This document shows, in pieces, positions 20,101 to 29,295 of a stretch of 64,000 nucleotides of DNA. Source of the DNA: a virus; the IMG/VR virus record IMGVR_UViG_3300037628_000362, positions 12,697-76,696 of that record, one strand, 5' to 3'. Under the pieces are notes generated by a model, which saw only the letters and a program-made list of their open reading frames with translations, was not told where the DNA came from and did no database searches. Numbering within the stretch: position 1 is the stretch's first letter; each line of letters begins with the position of its first letter. The position numbers and the translations under genes were made by a program.

Positions 20101-23100
20101 ACGGGACTAAGCATAGTGGGCTTGGCTTAATTCGCCTACTGAGTGGCCTGGCCGATGAAGCAACCCTACGGCACGAGGCTTTACATCTGGCCCGGCAAGC
20201 TGGACTTCTTGGGGAAGCTGAATGGCAAGCCCTTGTAAAAGAGCACGCGCCGGATTCTAAGGTTCAGGAAATCCAGGAAGAGCGGGTCGCCAATGCTCGT
20301 GAGATCGAGCGTACGGTTCCAAATATTTGGGGTCGGGTGCGGTCATGGCTTCGACGCCTGCTCTCAAGTATAGGAGTAACAGAATATCAGTCTCGTGACA
20401 TCCATCTACTGCTTGGCGAATCTGGATTCTGGCACCGACCGGCAAAACCGCGAGGCGATGTTACCGTAAGGTACCAGCTCCTGAGAGGTCGCCCTGATTT
20501 AGCGAATCCAGCTTACGATCAGCCTGCCCGGGATCTAGTGACCGAGGCAGATGAACAACGCAAACTGGAGGGTAGTCCGGGCGTGCGCTCGGACATTGAG
20601 GTACAGGCGAACGCCGACGCCCGGCTAAAAAATGATTATTCTCGTGAACGGGCCAACTTATTGGCTAAGGGTCGAAGCGGGCGGATGCTAGATGATGTGG
20701 AAACCGTGATAGCTAAGTCGATCGTCAACCGTGAGGCAATGGAGGCGATTCAGTCTGGCGATATTGGACGCAAAGAGGATACTATCGCAATAATTGAGTC
20801 CTACCGGAACACAGGGACCGAACAGGCACGAGCTTTCCGCCAGCGAGTAGATCCAGTTGAGTCCCCGGCCGAGCGAATAGCCAGGGCACTGACTGAGGCA
20901 ATTTTCAGTCCGCCTACTAAACAGCGGAACCGTCGCGACAAAGACCGTAGCAAGGGGAGAAACGAAGAGGCGGATAAGATTAACCGGGACTGGGCCAATA
21001 AATTCGATGAGCTAAAGAAGAGGCTGGCCCTGCTGGGTATCGACATCAATGAACTGCACCGTCTCGGATATTCACGTCGCCAAGCTGCTCGCGCATTACA
21101 GGTGATTTCCCAGGCACGCGCGGACGGGTGGGATAAAGTTTACGAATACTGGCGCAACTCAATACTATCGGCACCTACGACCCAGATGGCCAACCTGACC
21201 GGAAACTTTGGAAACGCCGTATGGTCATTGACTGCGGAACGACTGACCGAAGCGTTAGCGAATTCCGTTATCGGCCGCCCTGAGGGGGCGCAGTTTGGTG
21301 AATACAAGCACATACTAGCAGGACTCCTTCCAGGGCTCTCGCGGGCGTCGCGTAACTTTTTCATTACATTTGACACGGAAACTCCGACGTTCGAGGACCA
21401 ACTTGGACGTGCAGGGAAGTTTCGTATTGAAGACCCTGACACTAAGATTTCTGGTGATAAAGGGCGAACTATTCGGATGCCGCAGCGACTATTACTGGCC
21501 GTGGATGACTTCGCCAAGACATTGTTCGCCACTATGGAAGTTGGAGCTAGGGCCTACAGGATAGCAAAGGACGAAGGGCTTAGTGGCGATAAAATGCGGA
21601 TACGTATGGCCGAGCTAACTGACGATATCGAATCACCGGCATGGGAAGCGGCGTATAATTCCTCGCTAGAAATGGCTTTCCAGCAGAAAGGCACCCAGCT
21701 TGGCCAGAAGATTAAGCGGCAGGTACTGTCGGGGAGAAAGGATGTTCCTGCAATACGGTATGTGCTTCCATTTGTGATTACTCCGATCAATATCTTTGAA
21801 ACCGGCCTCAAAAAATCTCCACTAGGATCGCTCGGCATAGGAATGCGGATGTATCAGAACTACCGGGCAGGGGAGCCAGTTCTAAAGAACACGAGTCGGG
21901 AAGTAGCACAGCAAATATTAGCCTGGGGTTTAGTCTTGCTCTTAATGGGAAACGATGATGATGATCCCTGGATTACTGGCGCTGAGGAGTTAACTGGAGC
22001 ACGCGAGGTAGGCTACCGCACAATTCCGAAACAATCAATAAAGTTCGGTAACACTTGGCACAGTTATCATCGCATTGAACCGTTTGCGACAACACTTGGA
22101 CTTGCCACGGATTGGGTCAACGCGGTTCGTAGTGACGATCCTGGACGACAGTTGAGCACTCCGTTCCGCTCGCTGGTCGGGCAGATGAAGGAAAAGACGT
22201 TTTTGACAGGAGTCGGAGATATCATTAAGGCGTTTGAGGCGGAAGATCCAGAGGAGAAAGCAGCTCAGTGGGCCAGTAATTTCGCGACTAGCTGGGTTCC
22301 GAATATCATTCGCTCGCAAGATCGTGCAATGGATAATTTCTACTATAATCGGCGCGTCTGGGGTAGTGGCAATGATTGGTGGGCTAGTCTCGGAAAACGT
22401 ACACTGCAAAAATCTGAACTGCCACTTAGTATTCAGGAGTACCCAATTTATGATGTTTGGGGTCGCCCAGCCGCCCGTTCCGAAGTTTCTGAATTCCCTG
22501 GAGCAGATTTTCTTTACAGGATGTTCGTTCCCGTGAAGTTGCGACAGGAAGACATTTTCATCGCCGACCGGTTACTGATGAACTACAATAATATGTCACC
22601 AGACGAAGCCCGTTATCCACGGACACCCCGTCCGTATTACCGTAAGGGGCGAGAGACGATTTACATGAGCGATGGTCAGTATGCCGATTATGTTCGCTTG
22701 GCCGGCGAGACAGCCAGTTCCGCACTTGAGTTATTTCCACTGGACCCAGAAAATCCAACTCGAACAGACGTAGATATCATCGGCGATGTAGTATCTGGAT
22801 CACGCCAACGTACGAGGGATCTCCTGGTGAAACACTGGAAGGATAGAGACGGTGATATAAATGATGTTCAGCGTAAGTTGATAGAGTACGCCGACACGCA
22901 GGCAAAAAAGACCGTAAAGAAAATGGCCAAGACTGCCTTACTTGGCTACCGGTATCCAGGGAAAGATAAGGACGAAACGGAGGCCGAGTATAGAGAGCAA
23001 GAACGAGAGTACCTAGAAGCCGCGAAAAACGACCGCGACTGGCTCCGTAAGCACCAAGATAAGCCGGTTGTGAAAGGGGTTCTGTCGAGCACTTGGCGGA

Positions 23101-23201
23101 CAGACAGAGCCAAGCTGCTCGGCTCTAATCTCACGGGGCGCGGACAATCAAGGCAGATCCAACGGAAGAAACGGAACTTGGCTAAAAAATGGCTTGACTG
23201 A
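17160..23201 (+). CDS. Large internal virion (DNA ejection/transfer) protein, 2013 aa
   Basis: Last and largest gene of a podovirus-type virion module; HEALH motif; C-terminal LPFVITPINIF / YHRIEPF / WVPNII motifs of large polyvalent ejection proteins. Confidence 0.7.
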   Translation: MGLADDFDAWKSKPAATDKGSEVPIDTLVEKFERWKAPRAISEPLPAPLSPTQPGQRPLPEPGFAPKTAETVPAASAQIPRSMQPEQRTLSPEEQRQWISDKDKRDRKLAEEYVASVVESGGILPEDDIYTEPDPGPISPQEQAQAVHRNLREGLPGYKNALVRTIGQGLAGAGSQFASLASRLEGEDVKADEINRLNQMSEQAAAMEDKNSIINRRLLSGGRSAVNSLATMIIGRAAGLPGMIGLFTAESVNQAITDGRDAGLSGSKLVAHAATQGAIEGVVTWIFSKIGLGGVESKLASRAILSAGLKEAAKKTGKTVGGEWTEEQIILFGQSLTSSLAGVQDPMTLVHEDGSFRDKDGNFTPYIESVIDTSVAVFIMSGTVSAPDIASAGMRQIGGRKRKPLGEPEGETDVSEPTKVDEPVGEDPTSQPITPQTQLPDDGTTVERPPSEPGAVDEPAVIPDEAEPAPEEEVPAGDGEAVLEQARSQPGVWTRVPAGAAPPSLPGIEIKKTIDGTYIRFTEGEPDAQETPPEVVPPSSEEGLEGQQPEGVRVRDAAEAEEEGPGRVIGPQLPAQPEPEVPAAEVPPEAPVRSVDEPEVIRARFIDDLEREGVAVAPDGSTVKIVPDPGKKGRFIVETATASGSSITKGPWRGYTRDQAIEIAATGIDFAKSQGAGPEEAGPPGQPSPLAAGAISQELQDILDAGKPEKIVVEPTEPTTELAFQPETPEKPLSDTLSQPAETPLEPERRTEWIADRGMEHIATAADGSEVYIKADPTNEGRFVVEVVKDGMREIKRDPKEGYAFKGYTREEAVKRAHEEAGVSETPKKKSVGKKKPVKKKKLSPAAKRDVRIKELRRKKEDAKRAIEKTKETKEAAEKPVKKKKSDSDAGKSTRIGATRKKRLGSKITRSSLAKTFPGAKIKPAPNGWHVEIGDSFFTVELTDEVAPVDWKAIEASGVKVSAKLRGQIAVAGSFSLKLPDGTKHSGLGLIRLLSGLADEATLRHEALHLARQAGLLGEAEWQALVKEHAPDSKVQEIQEERVANAREIERTVPNIWGRVRSWLRRLLSSIGVTEYQSRDIHLLLGESGFWHRPAKPRGDVTVRYQLLRGRPDLANPAYDQPARDLVTEADEQRKLEGSPGVRSDIEVQANADARLKNDYSRERANLLAKGRSGRMLDDVETVIAKSIVNREAMEAIQSGDIGRKEDTIAIIESYRNTGTEQARAFRQRVDPVESPAERIARALTEAIFSPPTKQRNRRDKDRSKGRNEEADKINRDWANKFDELKKRLALLGIDINELHRLGYSRRQAARALQVISQARADGWDKVYEYWRNSILSAPTTQMANLTGNFGNAVWSLTAERLTEALANSVIGRPEGAQFGEYKHILAGLLPGLSRASRNFFITFDTETPTFEDQLGRAGKFRIEDPDTKISGDKGRTIRMPQRLLLAVDDFAKTLFATMEVGARAYRIAKDEGLSGDKMRIRMAELTDDIESPAWEAAYNSSLEMAFQQKGTQLGQKIKRQVLSGRKDVPAIRYVLPFVITPINIFETGLKKSPLGSLGIGMRMYQNYRAGEPVLKNTSREVAQQILAWGLVLLLMGNDDDDPWITGAEELTGAREVGYRTIPKQSIKFGNTWHSYHRIEPFATTLGLATDWVNAVRSDDPGRQLSTPFRSLVGQMKEKTFLTGVGDIIKAFEAEDPEEKAAQWASNFATSWVPNIIRSQDRAMDNFYYNRRVWGSGNDWWASLGKRTLQKSELPLSIQEYPIYDVWGRPAARSEVSEFPGADFLYRMFVPVKLRQEDIFIADRLLMNYNNMSPDEARYPRTPRPYYRKGRETIYMSDGQYADYVRLAGETASSALELFPLDPENPTRTDVDIIGDVVSGSRQRTRDLLVKHWKDRDGDINDVQRKLIEYADTQAKKTVKKMAKTALLGYRYPGKDKDETEAEYREQEREYLEAAKNDRDWLRKHQDKPVVKGVLSSTWRTDRAKLLGSNLTGRGQSRQIQRKKRNLAKKWLD

Positions 23202-23221
23202 TGGCATGCATGAAGTACAGT
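23194..23221 (+). promoter_or_regulatory. Putative sigma70-type promoter
   Basis: TTGACT-N16-TACAGT at the end of the virion module. Confidence 0.4.
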
Positions 23222-23260
23222 GGTAGTATCATCCCGTTAACTTGACCTATGGGATTTCCT

Positions 23261-23521
23261 ATGAAAAAAGCCAAGAACGAAAAAGAAGCGCGGAAAATAC
23301 AGGAGACCTATCAAGGCAAGCCTCATGGCTGGATACAATGGAAGGGCACGGATGTCTGCATGGACATTCACTGCAAATGCGGATATCAAACACATATAGA
23401 TGGCGATTTCGTGTATTCAGTCAAATGCCCAAAATGTGGGACAGTCTATAACTGTAACGGGCATATAGAGTTCATTGAGCTAGAAGAGCCTGAAGAATTT
23501 GTTAGCACGCCCTATCCTTAA
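23261..23521 (+). CDS. Zn-ribbon hypothetical protein
   Basis: WIQWKGTDVCMDIHCKCG...CPKCG. Confidence 0.6.
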   Translation: MKKAKNEKEARKIQETYQGKPHGWIQWKGTDVCMDIHCKCGYQTHIDGDFVYSVKCPKCGTVYNCNGHIEFIELEEPEEFVSTPYP

Positions 23522-23539
23522 CTACGGAGGACATTTGAC

Positions 23540-23959
23540 ATGCTAGACAAGATAAATTGGGACGGCGACCCCGCTGATTACAAGACTCGTGACGGAGCTG
23601 ATATTATCGCGTTTGGTCGTTACGCCCTTCCCTTACCTCGCGGCGAAACTCACTGGGCCGTACCTGTAGGTACTTTCCCGCGGTCCTATTACTTCAATGG
23701 CCTATACGTAAAGAGCGTCGAGCACGGCGTAGACATCATTCTTAAGATAAAGCCAATGCCGTCCTGTGTGGTAGCAGTCGTTGAAGGTACTCTCGGACTT
23801 TTCATTCAGCCACTGTCGTGGATTAGTCCAGCGTATTCCAACAGCACCCGCTATAAATTCCAGGCACAGCGGGTCGGAGATCACTGTGCTTGCTGCAACG
23901 GACATGGCATAATGATCGACGAGGGCCTGATACTCGGCGTGCCGGAACCTGGCGCTTAA
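23540..23959 (+). CDS. Hypothetical protein (N-domain paralogous to the C-domain of 53147..53554)
   Basis: SD GGAGG; TRxGxDI..GR...THWA...YYxNGxY...DII is shared. Confidence 0.65.
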   Translation: MLDKINWDGDPADYKTRDGADIIAFGRYALPLPRGETHWAVPVGTFPRSYYFNGLYVKSVEHGVDIILKIKPMPSCVVAVVEGTLGLFIQPLSWISPAYSNSTRYKFQAQRVGDHCACCNGHGIMIDEGLILGVPEPGA

Positions 23960-23994
23960 TGGAGGATTTCTGCGTAATACAGCAACTATGCCGC

Positions 23995-24033
23995 CCCGTC
24001 ACGAGTCTTCTCTCTGCTCGTGACGGGTTTTTT
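23995..24033 (+). terminator. Rho-independent terminator
   Basis: CCCGTCACGAG / CTCGTGACGGG 11-bp stem followed by TTTTTT. Confidence 0.85.
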
Positions 24034-24115
24034 CTTGCGCCGGCTTGACTTTCTGCCAAGCAAACCTAGTGTTGATTGCACTAGGATATCACCTGTTCTT
24101 TCTTAGGATGTAGCT

Positions 24116-24373
24116 ATGGGCAAAACCGTCAATGATCGTTGCTGGGCGGCTCTCTGGAGATCGCGAAATAAGCTTGACGGAGAAATCAGCCACTTAATGA
24201 CCGTCCACTGCGTTCCCGTGTTATTCAGGACAGCCAGGGCCACAACGGAATGGATCCGGGAGCATTACGGGTACATCGCCACTCGAAAGGATTTACGGGC
24301 GGAGCCGTATGGATGGAGAATGCCGATTCCTGTCCGTGTTGAGATCACCGTAAACTCAGGGAGTAAAAAGTAA
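24116..24373 (+). CDS. Hypothetical phage protein
   Basis: ORF with AGGA SD; coupled to the next gene. Confidence 0.6.
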   Translation: MGKTVNDRCWAALWRSRNKLDGEISHLMTVHCVPVLFRTARATTEWIREHYGYIATRKDLRAEPYGWRMPIPVRVEITVNSGSKK

Positions 24374-24693
24374 TGGCTATTCGACCGGTGAGGGTAAGAA
24401 CGTTCACGCTCAGCATCAATCAGCGCTGGTGGGAATCACCTGGTGGTGTTGATCTCTGCCGTTGCATCCTGGAAAAGTTTGTGGTATTGCCGAAGCATCT
24501 TGAGACTTTGGAAGTTCGGATTTTCCGACAGGCGAAAAAAGGGGCATTCAGGCTTGCTAGCGATTATTGGCGGCAGTGGGGTGTCGACGGTGAACGAATA
24601 GGGTTTATTATGAATGTGGAAGTCTACCTTTCTGAGGTCAGTGAGTATACCCGTAGACCCCTGTACGCTGAAATTTGGTACGACGAACCGTGA
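24373..24693 (+). CDS. Hypothetical protein
   Basis: TAATG coupling. Confidence 0.55.
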   Translation: MAIRPVRVRTFTLSINQRWWESPGGVDLCRCILEKFVVLPKHLETLEVRIFRQAKKGAFRLASDYWRQWGVDGERIGFIMNVEVYLSEVSEYTRRPLYAEIWYDEP

Positions 24694-24729
24694 ACCCAGT
24701 AATAATTTCACTATTTTTGAAAGGTAGAA

Positions 24730-25068
24730 ATGAAAAGATCCTACTCGAACGTGATGTACGTTACGCCACACGATTTTGACTTGGTTGTAAATGGCACCTC
24801 GACTGCGACCACCAGAATCGGAGACCGGCGTAAAATATGGCCAGTCCGGCATCGCCTTGTGATCGTCGATAATACAAAAAATGATCGACGGCTGGAGGCT
24901 GAAATCGTCTATAATGAGTTAATGAATCTTCGAGATGTCTCCAGAACTCAGGCCGGGACCATCGGCGGGTACGGAATTAAAGAACATTACGATGATTTCA
25001 CTTCTATTTACTCTGGTTCTGATGACAGCACTATTTTAAGCCTGGTTGGATTCAGGGTACTGGCGTAG
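24730..25068 (+). CDS. ASCH/PUA-like domain protein
   Basis: FDLVVNGTSTATTRIGD resembles the ASCH GxKxxTxR motif. Confidence 0.45.
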   Translation: MKRSYSNVMYVTPHDFDLVVNGTSTATTRIGDRRKIWPVRHRLVIVDNTKNDRRLEAEIVYNELMNLRDVSRTQAGTIGGYGIKEHYDDFTSIYSGSDDSTILSLVGFRVLA

Positions 25069-25158
25069 GGTAGCTTTTATTCCCCACCCGTGTTATCGTA
25101 GATGTAGAAAGTGACAACGTGTCACATTGCACTTTTCCCCGCAATCGGAGGATGAAAA

Positions 25159-25818
25159 ATGAAGCGCTTTTGGCTGACACTGCTTTTGGTAGGTCTTCTT
25201 TCACACGCCACTCAGGCCGCTCAGGGCTACATCGTCATCGACGGACTCACTCCAGGCCGGCATTACGTGGCCTTCGAGATCGCCGTTGGCTCCGATGGCA
25301 CTGTCACCGCTGTTCCTCTGAAGCAGATTGGCAATATTGCCCTGAAACCCCCTGTTATCGAGATTCCTCCTCCGGACGGGTTCCGTGCATCGATCAAAAA
25401 CCTCGCCGCCGCAGTCCCGGCACACGATCATAAGGACCGGGTGGCGGCGGGGCTCTCGGCCGTCTATATGGCCGTCTCAGCGAAGCTGGGGTCTGGTGAG
25501 ATTACAGCCCAGCAGGGGCTCCAGGCGATCGACGAAGCCAGTGACGTGATTCTGGGGGCCCTTGACTCCACGGATCACTGGACAGAGTTCCGGGCCGGCC
25601 TAAAGGTGGCGATTAACAACCTGGAACTCCAAGAGCCTAATGACCTGGCGATCGCCCTGGTAGTGGCAGCCGAGGTGCTGTCTGGTAATCAGTCGGTTGC
25701 CGACCTTCTGCCCATGATCACCATGTTAATCGACGCTATCGTAGATCCGGATCGTCGCCCGTTTCTTAACATGATCCTAAAAGCTGTAATCTCTATCCTG
25801 CTGGTACGGGGGCTGTAG
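25159..25818 (+). CDS. Secreted/membrane protein (putative lysis cassette)
   Basis: Signal peptide MKRFWLTLLLVGLLSHATQA; hydrophobic C-terminus; SD GGAGG. Confidence 0.6.
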   Translation: MKRFWLTLLLVGLLSHATQAAQGYIVIDGLTPGRHYVAFEIAVGSDGTVTAVPLKQIGNIALKPPVIEIPPPDGFRASIKNLAAAVPAHDHKDRVAAGLSAVYMAVSAKLGSGEITAQQGLQAIDEASDVILGALDSTDHWTEFRAGLKVAINNLELQEPNDLAIALVVAAEVLSGNQSVADLLPMITMLIDAIVDPDRRPFLNMILKAVISILLVRGL

Positions 25819-25820
25819 AG

Positions 25821-26867
25821 ATGAATCCAGTTCAAGAAGCAAAGGCCGGCGGCAACCTAATTGGCATAGGGCTCTGGGATCTCGCAAAACTTCGGGCCAA
25901 CATGGCTCTCGAAGACCCTCGTGCCGGTCCCGAGAAACTACTCGGTACGCCGCCTGCTTGTAAATGCGGATTCCCTGACGCCGGCGACCCAGAGATTGCA
26001 GAGGGCGATGTCGATGTGATCCAGCGGTGCCTCGACTGCGACGAAGAGCATGCCATAGCACTAAAGAAGGCCCATGCTAGCCGTCTGGCCAGAAAGGGGT
26101 CTGGTTCGTGGGGTCACTGCGTAACGGGATATCCAGATTATCACTCGACAACGTACGGAGTGGATATTCTTTCATTTCCGACGCGCTACTTCCGTGAACT
26201 GACTGATAAAGAGAAGAGAAGCCTGTCGTGGCTGGATAGCCCATGGTGGGGCTGGAGTGTCCCAGAGGTCATGGATAGGTTTTCCGGAAAAACAGTCTTA
26301 GACGCCTGCCTGATGATCGGGATCGAGGAGACGTACCGCCGCGTTGGATGCGCTCATGTCCGAGTGGACAGTAAAAAAGAAGCCAGTATCTGGATAAAGG
26401 CCCGACCGATGCCCGGAAGCCAGACCGGCATTGGATGGTTCCCTGAGCCAGGGTGTCGGTCTAAGGTCGAGTTCCATATCGACAGCTTATGGAACCCAAG
26501 AGACTTACACTCTCTGATTTGTCTGTTCGGCCATGAGTGCGGCCACTGTAACGGCCTGGAGCACACGTTCGCTGGTCAGGCTCGACATCACGGCGTCATG
26601 GGCTACGACGACAAGACTCCCTACGAGGGATTCAGTACCGGCCAGGGGGCGCACACGCTTCCGCGGGACCCAAGCCGGGATGTTCTGGAAAGATTTTACA
26701 CGCCATCTACGGTTCCTCCTCTCAACGGGCCCGAGCCTCCACTCACGCAATTGACTCGCAGGCCCAGCGAGGAGGAATTCGACGCACTTCAGAATCGGAT
26801 CGGCCTGGAGCTGGCAGATTTCCGCGGGCAATATTACGGGACAGAGAGCGGCCCGATAATCTGGTAA
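25821..26867 (+). CDS. Metzincin (matrixin/M10-like) metallopeptidase
   Basis: HECGHCNGLEH zinc motif plus Met-turn GVMG. Confidence 0.8.
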   Translation: MNPVQEAKAGGNLIGIGLWDLAKLRANMALEDPRAGPEKLLGTPPACKCGFPDAGDPEIAEGDVDVIQRCLDCDEEHAIALKKAHASRLARKGSGSWGHCVTGYPDYHSTTYGVDILSFPTRYFRELTDKEKRSLSWLDSPWWGWSVPEVMDRFSGKTVLDACLMIGIEETYRRVGCAHVRVDSKKEASIWIKARPMPGSQTGIGWFPEPGCRSKVEFHIDSLWNPRDLHSLICLFGHECGHCNGLEHTFAGQARHHGVMGYDDKTPYEGFSTGQGAHTLPRDPSRDVLERFYTPSTVPPLNGPEPPLTQLTRRPSEEEFDALQNRIGLELADFRGQYYGTESGPIIW

Positions 26868-26889
26868 TAGGAAGTGAGATAACTAAGCC

Positions 26890-27177
26890 ATGCAAGAAAA
26901 GCAACCTATTGGCCCGCGCGAGTTCCAGTGGCATTTTGGATGGTACAGCACTAAGACTCACGCAGTTCATTTCAAGACGGCGGGAAAGGCAAAATATAAT
27001 CAGTCGGTTAGGAGTCTTTGCGGTGCGTTTGTATATCCGTTTTCACCTCCGAGTGGAAAATGGTCCGAGTTTCAGGAGCGAGCACAGGCAAGGAGCCAAG
27101 GTGCTGGTTCGATGTGTAAACATTGCATGAAGCGTGTTTCGGCAATAACGAATGAGCATAAACCAGAGGGGGCATAA
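26890..27177 (+). CDS. Hypothetical Zn-binding protein
   Basis: H...SLCG...CKHC. Confidence 0.5.
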   Translation: MQEKQPIGPREFQWHFGWYSTKTHAVHFKTAGKAKYNQSVRSLCGAFVYPFSPPSGKWSEFQERAQARSQGAGSMCKHCMKRVSAITNEHKPEGA

Positions 27178-27179
27178 AC

Positions 27180-27401
27180 ATGAACCTACACATCGATCTT
27201 GACGCCGCATTAGGCATCGCTGGGCTGGCAATTACAGTCATTGGGGCGTGTCTGGGAGCCTGCTGGATTCTTTGCAAGCGCCTGACTAAACTTTCTGGCT
27301 CAATCGACAAACTCGGTGCCCTACTCGACCTTCGCATCGATAACCTGGAGAAAGAGTTACGGAAGCTCTGGGATATCGTGAACACAAGAAAAGTGAAATA
27401 A
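27180..27401 (+). CDS. Single-TM coiled-coil protein, holin/antiholin-like
   Basis: TM segment AALGIAGLAITVIGACLGACWIL then a coiled-coil tail; SD GAGGGGG. Confidence 0.45.
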   Translation: MNLHIDLDAALGIAGLAITVIGACLGACWILCKRLTKLSGSIDKLGALLDLRIDNLEKELRKLWDIVNTRKVK

Positions 27402-27475
27402 TTCTTGCACTTCCCGAAACACAACCTACGTTTGTTTGTCGTCAAACTATTACTTGACTCATCAACGGAGAAATA

Positions 27476-27964
27476 GTGATGAACGGAAAAGTAAAGCGGT
27501 TCCCGTTGCGGGATATCTTATCTGTCACGACAGGCCGTTTACTGACCAAAGGCAACGGTCCTAGCGACAACGGCATCGGAGCCCTGTATGACTTATTAGG
27601 ACACATGACCGGCGGTTCGCCATTCACACATCAGTTACCGCGGTTCGCCGAAGAGTGTAAGCCCTGGCTGTATCGTTGGTTTCCGGAGCTGGCCGCGGCA
27701 GAATCAGGCTCCGCGATGAAAAGCCTTGATCTTTGGGTCAGCAAAGCCCCGTCGTGCCCGGACGAAGGTGTTAAGATGTGGCTGGCGGAACTCAAAATGA
27801 TGAACCCGGATCTTCAGGACGAGTACGACGTGGGGCAAATTCAGGCCGACGACCACGACACTAGGGACCCGCTCGATGAACTTGTCGCAATGCGCGGGTC
27901 CGACGAAGGAATCTTTCCCGTTCTTGTAAGTCCTAACGAGCCAAGTACGTCAGTCCTAAACTAA
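27476..27964 (+). CDS. Hypothetical phage protein
   Basis: FPLRDILSVTTGRLL...YDLLGHMTG...FTHQLPR, a recurrent phage family; SD GGAG. Confidence 0.65.
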   Translation: MMNGKVKRFPLRDILSVTTGRLLTKGNGPSDNGIGALYDLLGHMTGGSPFTHQLPRFAEECKPWLYRWFPELAAAESGSAMKSLDLWVSKAPSCPDEGVKMWLAELKMMNPDLQDEYDVGQIQADDHDTRDPLDELVAMRGSDEGIFPVLVSPNEPSTSVLN

Positions 27965-27990
27965 AACGCTCACACCAGAGCACCAAGTAG

Positions 27991-28887
27991 ATGAAGTGTA
28001 CAACTGATCTCATTGAGCCAGTAGCCCGTCGTTGGCGTGCTCACGTAAAGGAAGTAATCGAGGGTCTTCCGTTCGCCGATTACTGCGAGATCGTGGCAAT
28101 GAACTCCTCGACGATCGTGGAGGGGATCAACGACGATCACGAACTGTCGATGCATCATCTTCGCCATGCGTGGCTGAATCCGTTAAAGGACACCCCGGCG
28201 CGTAAGTGGGGCAGGATGATGCATACGCTGCTGTTCGAGCCGCATGAGTTCGAGGAGAAGTACGCGATCTGGAACGACGGCCCGAAGGTCGGGCTGGGCT
28301 ACAAGAATTGGAAGCACGAGAACCGTGGTTGCGAGATCATCGGCTGGAAGGAGCAGGTTGATTGCGTCCACGCCGCTGCCGCATTCCTCCAGAATAATAA
28401 GATTCAGGAGATCATCAAGGACTGCGTTCCAGAACTGACGCTCTTGACACCGACAGATGGCATCCAGTGTAAATGCAAGATCGACTGCACTACCACGGAT
28501 CGTAGACTCGTTGACTTCAAGACGACCAGAAGGAAAAGTGCCGCCGGATTCGGGCGGGATTTCTTCGGCTACAAGTACGACATCAAGCTCGGCCTGTACC
28601 GCTACTGGCTCCGGCAGCATTACGAAGGCGACTGGCCGTGCGAAGTCATTACCATGGAGAACGAGCCCCCGTTCTACACTCGCGTCATACCAATACCTCA
28701 CGCCGTCCTGGACCGCGGTGAGGAGATCGGGCTCAAGGTGATCCGTGCATTGCGTGAGGCGATCGACAGTGACTCTTGGCCGGGCTGGGATAACGGAGAG
28801 TACACTGATCTCGTCGTTCCGATCTGGAGTATGCCCGACGATGAAGTTGATTACGAAGGAGTACAGGAGATCAAACATGGAGACTGA
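27991..28887 (+). CDS. PD-(D/E)XK exonuclease, RecE/exonuclease VIII-like (DUF3799-type)
   Basis: GRMMHTLLFEP, CKCKID, LVDFKTT, DSWPG motifs. Confidence 0.8.
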   Translation: MKCTTDLIEPVARRWRAHVKEVIEGLPFADYCEIVAMNSSTIVEGINDDHELSMHHLRHAWLNPLKDTPARKWGRMMHTLLFEPHEFEEKYAIWNDGPKVGLGYKNWKHENRGCEIIGWKEQVDCVHAAAAFLQNNKIQEIIKDCVPELTLLTPTDGIQCKCKIDCTTTDRRLVDFKTTRRKSAAGFGRDFFGYKYDIKLGLYRYWLRQHYEGDWPCEVITMENEPPFYTRVIPIPHAVLDRGEEIGLKVIRALREAIDSDSWPGWDNGEYTDLVVPIWSMPDDEVDYEGVQEIKHGD

Positions 28888-29257
28888 ACAATTCACCGGC
28901 GCATCTTCCGTAATGAAGGGCGATACGCCCTGGCTTGCGTCAGAGGATATTATTGATGCCGGTGACGTGATCGTGGAAATCGAGGGGATTTACCTGCATC
29001 GTGACGCAGTGTTTGATGATGGGCGCAAGGAAGATGTGTACGCCCTGGGTTTCGTGGGTAAAAAGAAACATCTAATCCTGAATGCCACAAACCGCCAGCG
29101 GATAGTAAAATTGACCGGCACAGGTAAAACAGCATCCTGGATCGGTCAAGTGATCGCCCTGTACGTTGAATACGGAATCCGGAAGCCAGGCGGCGTGAAG
29201 GGCGAGACGACGTGCGGGATCAGGATTAGGGAAAAGGTGCCTGTTCAAGAAAAGTGA
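28877..29257 (+). CDS. Putative ssDNA-binding/annealing protein of the recombination module
   Basis: WLASED...KKHLILNATN...WIGQVIALY...GIRIR; adjacent to the RecE-like gene. Confidence 0.5.
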   Translation: METEQFTGASSVMKGDTPWLASEDIIDAGDVIVEIEGIYLHRDAVFDDGRKEDVYALGFVGKKKHLILNATNRQRIVKLTGTGKTASWIGQVIALYVEYGIRKPGGVKGETTCGIRIREKVPVQEK

Positions 29258-29295
29258 CAACGTGTCACATTTGTAAACCTAAAACGGAGGAAACC

